Source: an uncultured Candidatus Poseidoniales archaeon
Lineage (GTDB): Archaea; Thermoplasmatota; Poseidoniia; Poseidoniales; Thalassarchaeaceae
Reading direction: 5' to 3'
Length of the DNA: 64,000 bases
NCBI GenBank assembly: GCA_905182515.1
Contig: CAJJBW010000004.1
Span: forward strand, 33,131-97,130
Every line of letters begins with the position of its first letter. The stretch's first letter is position 1. The notes below the pieces were generated by a model. That model did no database searches and was not told where the DNA came from. It saw nothing but the letters and a program-made list of their open reading frames with translations. Made by a program: the position numbers and the translations under genes. Shown piece by piece: positions 56,851 through 64,000 of this stretch.

Positions 56851-59800
56851 ATGCGTAGAAAACAAATCAGTGCTCTATTATTATCATTTTTGATTTTGAG
56901 TAGCTTAGCATTCGTTTCTCAAACTAGGCCTCAATCGTCTGTATCATCAATTAATCCAAATGATGCTGAAGGGGGTGAACCCCCAATTACGGATCAAGAT
57001 GGCGATATGATACCTGACATGCACGAATTTATATTTGGAGAAGACATATATCTCGAACTAAATAATTTCAATATGATTATCAAGGGTTTAGATTCTTACA
57101 ATGCAACTGACAATGTCACTGATCATGATAACGATGGAGCAACAGCATTAATGGAATATTGTTGGCCATTTACATTAGACACATGCCTTGATTCAGAAAA
57201 AAGAAACACATTGACAGGGAAGTCTCCAGATGATACAAAATCCGGACTTCGTGAGTATCTCGACCCTAGGGTCGCTGATACTGATGGTGATGGATTACCT
57301 GATGGTTATGAAATCTACATGTGCACTAGCGGAGGAGTAGGTTCAATGAATCCTCTAACTAATACTTGGGATTGTCTTTATTTCGATCCACTCGATAATA
57401 GGGATTTTTCGGATGATTTCGATCGTTGTGATAAAGACTTCAGTTGGGGTTGCGGAGATGGTTTTGATTTCAATAAAGATGGAGTTATAGACATCGGAGA
57501 GAAATTTACAAATACAGAAGAATATTTATTTGGCACTCCAGATGATTGGATTACAGAAAGAGATGGATTATGGTGTGCTGGACAAATTCAAGGGCTTAGC
57601 ATCTCATCTTGTCAAGATATTTATGAGAGGCCAACTTTAGACGATGGATGGTTAGGGACTGATCCTAGATTTTCAGATTCTGATTATTATTCATGGGCAG
57701 ACTCTACAGCTTCAGAATTAACAACTCTTGGAGATGGCATCCCTGATGGGTGGGAGGCATACAATGGACTAGATCCAAGAAATTATAGTGATTCCATTGC
57801 CGACCCGGATTATGATGGTTGGGATGCTAACTCGGACGGATTCATAACTCCTGATATTACTACTAATACGGCTCATTGGGGTGAAGAATTTAGTAGTTAT
57901 GAAGAATACCTAGTAGATTATGATAGTGGCGACGGAGTAGCCCCCGGAGTCATGGGGATGAAATTATTAAATGAAGATGGAGAAATGATTTCATTCAATC
58001 ACAAATCTAAAAATTCATTAGTTGATACAGCAATCAATAGTATTATTTCTGATTTCCAAAGAAATCAACTTATAATTGGTTCAAAATATGGAATTTCAAT
58101 TTTAGATCCCTTTAGAGGGTCATCTACTTTGTTCAATCTAGGTCAAGGAATTCAAATGAATACGATGGAAAAGTATGAAATCGGTAGTGAAAGTTATTTA
58201 TTTTTAGGAACTAACATCGGCCTTCATGCAATAAAATTAGATAACGGGATGCCGAATTTAAACTCTATGTATACTTTTGAAGTGGGTACCATAACAAAAT
58301 TAACAAAACTAGAAACTCAAAGTAGCAACTTAGATATTTTAATTTCTGGTAATTATGATGCATGGAGAGTTAGGTTATATGACGGTTTTGAAAATGAAAT
58401 ATACACTGAAAATATTGAGCATTTATCCAAATTATCGAATCTACTAGATTCCTCTAATGCCTCTATAACGGCAATGGCACATGTGGAGATGGATGGTAGA
58501 ATTCCTTTACTCTTTATTGGTACTGATGCCGGATTGATAGCATGGAATACAACCGATGGTTCTTCTTCAATAGGAGCTCCCTGGTGGATATTTAATCGTT
58601 CAAATGCAGAGTATTTTATAAATGAAAATTTATATGACTCTTCTACGACATCAAAAGTAAATTTATTAGAAAAAGAATATTCAAACGGAGATTTTACTGG
58701 ATTATGGCTTGGAATGGCTGGAGGAATATATTTGATAGAACTGGACTTAATAATATCTCAACCAACTGAAGCTTTCAATAATGATAGGATGCTAAATATA
58801 GACAATATTCTTGATGGTGCCAATGATATAAGATCTATTTTCTCTTATCAGGGGAAGGTATTGCTTGGGTCAAAATTTGGCACATGGTGCTTGGAAGGAA
58901 ATGCACAACAAGGAATATTGGGCATGTACCTAAATCAAACAATAATTCCAGGTCTGGTAACTTCATTTGCTATGCTGGAGTATCAAGGTGAAGAATGGAT
59001 ATTTGGAGGAATATCTCCAGGAGAATATATGAACATAATACCATTAAATCCATTATCAAATGACTCAGACCTTGATGGCATGTCAGATGGATGGGAATTT
59101 GTTAATGGTTTAGACCCCACAGATCCTTACGATGGTGAAAGAGATATGGATAATGACGGAGTGCAATATATCTCAGAAGATGGTAATTTATTTGATAGAC
59201 TTTGGACGAATCTAGATGAATTTAGATTTAGTTCTGTGGCAAATTTTGGAGATAATAGTACAGATCCCAGGAATGTTGATTCAGATGGAGATGGTTTATC
59301 TGATGGTGAAGAATATTGGGGGTGGTTCCCTGATTCTACTAATTTTAATTGCCATTATCTGAATGGCGAATATATCTGTGACGGCATCTCCGGAGAAAAC
59401 GCACGAGCTGTGCATTTGGAAGGATGGTTGGGCTCAGGAACAGGTGGGGGGACCGATGGACCAACAGATCCTACAAACTCAGATACAGATGGCGATGGTA
59501 TGCCAGATGGTTGGGAAATAGAAAATAGAAGATGGATTGGCGATGAATATACAGGGGGGAATAGATGGACTTTAGACCCTCTTAATTCAAATGACGCATA
59601 TGAAGATGCAGATGGAGATGGTTTAGACAACATTTGTGAATATAGATGGAGTAATTTATTGGATTTGACCCTAAGGGAAGGTTTGCCAACCCATGGCGAA
59701 ACCTCAGAAGCTGCAAAAAATTGGACACATACGGACCCCAATTCTATAGATTCTGATGGCGATACTCTTCCGGATGGATGGGAGGCGCGATATTCTTGTA

Positions 59801-62562
59801 ATTGGTCACCAAGGAATGTTGGTATCAATCCACTAAATGGATCTGATTATTTGAATAACCCCGATGGAGATGGATTTGATGTTAATTCTGATGGCATACT
59901 TTCATTGGAAGAACAATTAGTTAATTGGATGGAGTATTATCTTAATACAGATATTTTATATGGAAATTCTACTTCATCAGGATTGATTTATCCAGATAAT
60001 TTTTCTACCAAACTTTATCATGAATCGTGGCAAGGATTTGCATCAGATTCATTTGGTGATCACTCTAGCTTATTTTATTCAGCTTTAGTGGAAGGAATTG
60101 TTACAAATGATATTGGATCTTCCAATCCTCTGGATCCCGATTCAGATAAAGATGGAATGCCAGATGGATGGGAATTTTACCATGCCAGATGGAGTTTATT
60201 TGAGCAATCTTGGTCATTAAATTTAGTAAATGAAGGTGACAATTTAGGCGATCCAGATGGAGATGGCATGAATAATTGGGAGGAATACAATGTAATATCT
60301 AGTGAAATAAACGAAATCAGTGACTCTATTTCCTCTCCTCAATTTTTCTTAATGAGTGTTGCTGGCGAATTAACATCAATGCCATGGATAGGTGCGGAAT
60401 CTCCTCTGTCCTTTGGCGATTTTCTATCTGATGAACAAACTAATGTTTCAGGATTAACTGCTGATCCTAACAATCCTGATACTGATTCAGATGGCATCCT
60501 AGATGGCATAGAACTAATTTTTACAAAATGGAATTCTACCGATGAGGTATGGACTCTAAACCCATTAGTCCCTGGTGATGGCAAGTATGACTCTGATTCA
60601 GATGGCATCACCGATATTTTAGAACTTAATATGACTTATAATAATCCTATTAATGGGGGGCTATCGCCTTCCGATGCTCCAAAATTCTGGAATGAGGCCG
60701 ATAATATTAATCATCAAGAATCTATTAATAGAATTTACAGAATTATATTTGCTAAGGAAGGTCGGGCGAGTTTAGCAATGCAACAATTCATTGATTGGGA
60801 ATTGGGAATGACTCCAAAACCTCTTCTTGAATCTATATTTGGAATCACTGATCCGAATTCAGCAGATACTGATAGGGATGGTATGAGTGATGGTTATGAA
60901 TATTGGTTCACGGAATGGGATCTCGAACAAAATTCATGGACCATGAATCCTCTTTCTGATTATGATGTTAATATCGATTCTGATTTGGATTCATTCGATT
61001 GTAATGGCGATGGTATAATTTCAGACTCTGAATCATATGATAATTTAGCTGAGTACGATGCCAGGATATATGGTAAGCGGTTGGCAATTGACACAATTCC
61101 AAATGGCACTGGCTTAGTTTCATATGGTAAGGATGCAATAATAGCCCAAATTGAAGAAAATGGATTATCTCAAGATTCCGCTAAAGGTGTTCTTTATTCC
61201 ATCTTTTCTTCAAAAAGTATTTCGTCTTTTGAAAAAATTGGTCTTATTAATGAAATAAATCCCGATAATTTCAATATTAGCTTAGCAGGAATCAGTGACC
61301 CAAATGATGCCGATTCCGATAGGGATGGAATGCCAGATGGTTGGGAATATTGTTATTCAATATATGGAGAGTTTTTACCTATTAATTCATACAGGTGGTC
61401 TCTAAACCCGCTGAACCCTTTGGATGTTAATTATGATCCAGATGCTGATGGTTGGTATGATAGAAATATAGAAGATGTGCCAGCAAATCAAGGAACTTGG
61501 ATTAATAGGGAATTTTCCATGGGTCCAATAACCGATCAAATTAATCAAGGCACATTTAATTTATACTTCAGCAATTTGATGGAATATCATAATCAGACTC
61601 ACCCTTTAGATGATGATACTGATCATGATTCGATAATCATGAATCCCGTATTTGAAGGAGGAATTATTACTAATTATGTTAGGGATACTAGTCTATCTGA
61701 TGGGCGTGAAATATTCAAATATGGTACAAATCCTCTTGACAATGATACTGATGGAGATATGATGCCAGACTTTTATGAATTTTATAGAGGATGGAATGAA
61801 ACTAATGATAATTGGTCTTCATTATTGAAAATTGAGGTCCAATGGTATCAGGTATCTTCAACAAATTGGAAACCAGTAGATGTATCTAAGGGGTATATTT
61901 CTAGACCTAATTTAAATTGGACTTGGTTTACTCATGATGCCACTAGCCCAATTGATGCAGGTTTTGATGCTGATAATGATGGAGATTGGAATTGTTCTTC
62001 AGGGACATGCACTTATGTCCCCTATACAAATTTTCAGGAGTATTACGCTACAGTCAACGCTACATTATCGTCACCATCTCTTGTCAGGGCTGCAGGTTTA
62101 TACGATTGCTCAGGTGAAATAGTCGAAGAATGGTGGCAACTACGGCAATCATTATTGGGAACTTGTTCTGGAAATAATGCTATCTCTTCAAATTATTTAC
62201 GTATGAATAAGATTAATGATGATGATATGTTATATTCTCTTATTATAGATGATAATGATGATAATTATGAAATAACTAATACTTCTGACGACTTAATATA
62301 TACAAATGGCGCATGGACGGACCAATACAATAGATTTGCAGGAGATCAATATCATTTGCCAAATGTAGGCTTAGGGGAATTTGTGTTTGGTTGGTGGGTC
62401 ATCGATATTGATGGCGATATGATAGCAGAAGGAACTGATCCAAGTAATTGGGATACTGATGGAGATTGGTTAAATGATTATTTTGAAATAAATGATGATT
62501 TATTAGATGGAATTAGGGGTAATAGCGGCTCCCCTATCAGATATGATGACCGAACTACATAG
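56851..62562 (+). CDS. Giant (~1900 aa) secreted protein: signal peptide, TSP3-like Ca-binding repeats, central propeller-like region, long C-terminal TSP3 array; no C-terminal TM anchor
   Basis: MRRKQISALLLSFLILSSLAFVS signal peptide (the ORF also opens at GTG 56842). Repeats: DTDGDGLPDGYE, DSDLDGMSDGWEF, DTDGDGMPDGWE, DSDKDGMPDGWEF, DSDRDGMPDGWEY, often preceded by W(S/T)LNPL. Central G(T/S)xxG(L/I) motifs: GSKYGISILDP, GTNIGLHAIKLD, GTDAGLIAWNT, GMAGGIYLIELD, GSKFGTWCLEG. Confidence 0.75.
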   Translation: MRRKQISALLLSFLILSSLAFVSQTRPQSSVSSINPNDAEGGEPPITDQDGDMIPDMHEFIFGEDIYLELNNFNMIIKGLDSYNATDNVTDHDNDGATALMEYCWPFTLDTCLDSEKRNTLTGKSPDDTKSGLREYLDPRVADTDGDGLPDGYEIYMCTSGGVGSMNPLTNTWDCLYFDPLDNRDFSDDFDRCDKDFSWGCGDGFDFNKDGVIDIGEKFTNTEEYLFGTPDDWITERDGLWCAGQIQGLSISSCQDIYERPTLDDGWLGTDPRFSDSDYYSWADSTASELTTLGDGIPDGWEAYNGLDPRNYSDSIADPDYDGWDANSDGFITPDITTNTAHWGEEFSSYEEYLVDYDSGDGVAPGVMGMKLLNEDGEMISFNHKSKNSLVDTAINSIISDFQRNQLIIGSKYGISILDPFRGSSTLFNLGQGIQMNTMEKYEIGSESYLFLGTNIGLHAIKLDNGMPNLNSMYTFEVGTITKLTKLETQSSNLDILISGNYDAWRVRLYDGFENEIYTENIEHLSKLSNLLDSSNASITAMAHVEMDGRIPLLFIGTDAGLIAWNTTDGSSSIGAPWWIFNRSNAEYFINENLYDSSTTSKVNLLEKEYSNGDFTGLWLGMAGGIYLIELDLIISQPTEAFNNDRMLNIDNILDGANDIRSIFSYQGKVLLGSKFGTWCLEGNAQQGILGMYLNQTIIPGLVTSFAMLEYQGEEWIFGGISPGEYMNIIPLNPLSNDSDLDGMSDGWEFVNGLDPTDPYDGERDMDNDGVQYISEDGNLFDRLWTNLDEFRFSSVANFGDNSTDPRNVDSDGDGLSDGEEYWGWFPDSTNFNCHYLNGEYICDGISGENARAVHLEGWLGSGTGGGTDGPTDPTNSDTDGDGMPDGWEIENRRWIGDEYTGGNRWTLDPLNSNDAYEDADGDGLDNICEYRWSNLLDLTLREGLPTHGETSEAAKNWTHTDPNSIDSDGDTLPDGWEARYSCNWSPRNVGINPLNGSDYLNNPDGDGFDVNSDGILSLEEQLVNWMEYYLNTDILYGNSTSSGLIYPDNFSTKLYHESWQGFASDSFGDHSSLFYSALVEGIVTNDIGSSNPLDPDSDKDGMPDGWEFYHARWSLFEQSWSLNLVNEGDNLGDPDGDGMNNWEEYNVISSEINEISDSISSPQFFLMSVAGELTSMPWIGAESPLSFGDFLSDEQTNVSGLTADPNNPDTDSDGILDGIELIFTKWNSTDEVWTLNPLVPGDGKYDSDSDGITDILELNMTYNNPINGGLSPSDAPKFWNEADNINHQESINRIYRIIFAKEGRASLAMQQFIDWELGMTPKPLLESIFGITDPNSADTDRDGMSDGYEYWFTEWDLEQNSWTMNPLSDYDVNIDSDLDSFDCNGDGIISDSESYDNLAEYDARIYGKRLAIDTIPNGTGLVSYGKDAIIAQIEENGLSQDSAKGVLYSIFSSKSISSFEKIGLINEINPDNFNISLAGISDPNDADSDRDGMPDGWEYCYSIYGEFLPINSYRWSLNPLNPLDVNYDPDADGWYDRNIEDVPANQGTWINREFSMGPITDQINQGTFNLYFSNLMEYHNQTHPLDDDTDHDSIIMNPVFEGGIITNYVRDTSLSDGREIFKYGTNPLDNDTDGDMMPDFYEFYRGWNETNDNWSSLLKIEVQWYQVSSTNWKPVDVSKGYISRPNLNWTWFTHDATSPIDAGFDADNDGDWNCSSGTCTYVPYTNFQEYYATVNATLSSPSLVRAAGLYDCSGEIVEEWWQLRQSLLGTCSGNNAISSNYLRMNKINDDDMLYSLIIDDNDDNYEITNTSDDLIYTNGAWTDQYNRFAGDQYHLPNVGLGEFVFGWWVIDIDGDMIAEGTDPSNWDTDGDWLNDYFEINDDLLDGIRGNSGSPIRYDDRTT
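56990..57840 (+). repeat. N-terminal block of TSP3-like repeats in the 1906-aa gene
   Basis: DQDGDMIPDMHE, DHDNDGATALME, DTDGDGLPDGYE, GDGIPDGWEAYNGLDP, DPDYDGWDANSDG. Confidence 0.7.
59060..62520 (+). repeat. C-terminal array of TSP3-like repeats with recurring near-identical DNA cores
   Basis: DNA cores: gatggtatgccagatggttgggaa (from 59491), gatggaatgccagatggatgggaa (from 60151), gatggaatgccagatggttgggaa (from 61324). Compare gatggtatgccggatggctgggaa (from 19564) in the 3000-aa gene. Confidence 0.7.
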
Positions 62563-62572
62563 AGTACTATTA

Positions 62573-63070
62573 ATGCCCCCCCCTCTACGGTTGACTATGG
62601 AAGATAACTCAGATTCTATCCCTCCAATTGAATCTCCAATTGAGGACAAATTACTATTCCTTCAAGAAAATATGGTTAATTTTATTAATCAATATAATCT
62701 TCCATTAGTAGAAGTATCTTTAGTTATTTCAAAATATATTCGTATTTTGTCAGACTCTTTAAATTTAGAGGCTGAAAAAGTAAACGAGAAAATTCCTTAT
62801 TCGGAAATGGAAAATCCCACTATTGAAAATGTTGTAGATAGTAATATTCAATCTTCTTTTCCATTAGAAACGGTATTAAAAAACGTAGATATAGATAGAA
62901 TGGATATATTTGATACCATTATTAGGACAATAATAAATTCAACAGAAATGCCCTTCCTTAATGCTATATCTCTGTTGAAAGATTGGGAATCGATAACAAT
63001 AATTCAGTTATCAAAATCTTCTAAACCAGGTCACCTATTTAGCCCAATAGAATTACCTGAGAATTTTTGA
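62573..63070 (+). CDS. Hypothetical acidic soluble protein (165 aa)
   Basis: The ORF opens at 62507, overlapping the end of the giant gene. The first plausible start after the giant's stop is ATG 62573, followed by a C8 tract (MPPPLRL...). A further candidate is ATG 62597. No recognisable motif. Confidence 0.4.
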   Translation: MPPPLRLTMEDNSDSIPPIESPIEDKLLFLQENMVNFINQYNLPLVEVSLVISKYIRILSDSLNLEAEKVNEKIPYSEMENPTIENVVDSNIQSSFPLETVLKNVDIDRMDIFDTIIRTIINSTEMPFLNAISLLKDWESITIIQLSKSSKPGHLFSPIELPENF

Positions 63071-63078
63071 CAATCTTT

Positions 63079-63402
63079 TTATTTCGATGCTATAATTTTA
63101 TTAGAGGTCCACCAAGAATCAATTATTGACCAAATATATAATAGCGGCCACAATATTATGGATAATATTAAAGGAAGTTGAATCAAACTCCAACTAAATG
63201 CCTTATTATGTTCCCTGTTAAAATGTTGACCAAGGTATAAGAAAGGAATTAAAGATATTAATATTGAGAAAATAGGTCTGAAGGCCCCCCAAGGTCCAAT
63301 TCCTCCACTCATCTCGTGCCATATAACTCTCAAAACGCCGATTGGATTTACTTTAGTCTTTTCAGGTTGGAGACTTACTACGTATTCACCCTCCATGTAC
63401 AT
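63079..63402 (-). CDS. Small hypothetical membrane protein
   Basis: 107-codon ORF with two to three hydrophobic segments: FRPIFSILISLIPFLYLG and LIQLPLILSIILWPLLYIWSII. Confidence 0.4.
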   Translation of the reverse strand: MYMEGEYVVSLQPEKTKVNPIGVLRVIWHEMSGGIGPWGAFRPIFSILISLIPFLYLGQHFNREHNKAFSWSLIQLPLILSIILWPLLYIWSIIDSWWTSNKIIASK

Positions 63403-63456
63403 TGCCAGAGGTCATTACCAATCAATATAACGTAAATTTTAAAAATTTTAGACAGT

Positions 63457-63981
63457 TTATTCTTCTTCCGAATCCTTCTCCATTGTAGGATTACCAAATT
63501 TATCAAACCATTCTACTGGTTCACCATTTTTCTTCATGGATAACTCATCATTCATTTGGCGAGGTATGTCTTCTCGTCCATGGTGCCATGTTTGATCTTC
63601 TAACCAAATTTCAAGATTATCTTTTTCAATTGTTATTTCCATGGTCCCTCCTAATGGAGAATCATCTATCACAAATGCTATTTTTCCTTTTACCGCTGCT
63701 TGCCTTGATATGGAAAAATTAGTTTCATTAATGTTGATTTTTTGAGTCATTACATCAAATGCTGTATCCAAGATTCTTTGCTTTCTTAAAATTTCAATGA
63801 AGTTTTCCAAATTTTCAGACGTTCCTTCGGCTGTTATTCTTTTTCTTGAAGTGGGAAAAGATTCTTTAGTTATTAAAATATCTGATCTCCAATCTGGAAA
63901 TATTTCCTTTATTGATTGAAAAACAATTCCTATGTCTTCAAAAGGTTGTAGGCAGGTAGAGACGCGTATGGCCAGACTCAT
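63457..63981 (-). CDS. UPF0201/COG1931-like putative RNA-binding protein
   Basis: ILRKQRILDTAFDVM and FSISRQAAVKGKIAFV resemble the conserved LRxQRILDtaR and lnKQAAxxGxxxF blocks I recall for the archaeal UPF0201 family. This comes from memory, not a search. Confidence 0.45.
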   Translation of the reverse strand: MSLAIRVSTCLQPFEDIGIVFQSIKEIFPDWRSDILITKESFPTSRKRITAEGTSENLENFIEILRKQRILDTAFDVMTQKININETNFSISRQAAVKGKIAFVIDDSPLGGTMEITIEKDNLEIWLEDQTWHHGREDIPRQMNDELSMKKNGEPVEWFDKFGNPTMEKDSEEE

Positions 63982-64000
63982 ATTCTTCGCAGTATCGATT

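Overview
This 64-kb window comes from a low-GC, tightly packed archaeal chromosome. The archaeal assignment rests on aRF1 (NIKS and GGQ motifs), an archaeal-type UMP kinase, CDP-archaeol synthase, AglB/STT3, XPD and a UPF0201-like protein. A Thermoplasma-style 2-oxoacid dehydrogenase operon plus giant acidic surface proteins suggest a planktonic marine Thermoplasmatota lineage (MGII/MGIII-like), but that is inference only.

Housekeeping genes:
- Translation and nucleotide metabolism: pyrH, aRF1, argS, gdhA, purD, carS, an HD phosphohydrolase and tRNA-Leu(UAA).
- A minus-strand block of lipA, E1alpha, E1beta, E2, E3, lipB and ubiX.
- An SDR/folB pterin gene pair.
- An XPD helicase.

Three stretches encode very large, Asn/Asp-rich, membrane-anchored or secreted proteins:
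- 15.9-27.9 kb: a 981-aa surface protein followed by a ~3000-aa protein. The large protein combines thrombospondin-type-3-like (TSP3) repeats, a transglutaminase core, a TM helix and a DUF4129-like tail.
- 38.0-55.9 kb: a 3236-aa protein whose N-terminal part is an AglB/STT3 oligosaccharyltransferase (WWDYG motif). It is followed by a membrane-anchored S8 subtilase, a 1415-aa beta-helix protein and a wHTH-STAND-TPR regulator.
- 56.9-62.6 kb: a 1906-aa TSP3-repeat/propeller protein.

Main leads:
1. The giant AglB fusion and its same-strand neighbours, a candidate dedicated surface glycosylation and assembly module.
2. A 24-nt element (21/24 identical) at the same position upstream of the two TSP3-repeat giant genes.
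3. A tandem-RHH gene coupled to a small basic ORF, next to three CAATT(G/A) hexamers spaced exactly 11 bp apart.
4. A recurrent TT(C)AGCACATT upstream motif.
5. An unannotated 39-codon zinc-ribbon ORF.

I saw no CRISPR array, rRNA, transposase or integrase. All family calls come from motifs read by eye. No database search was run.
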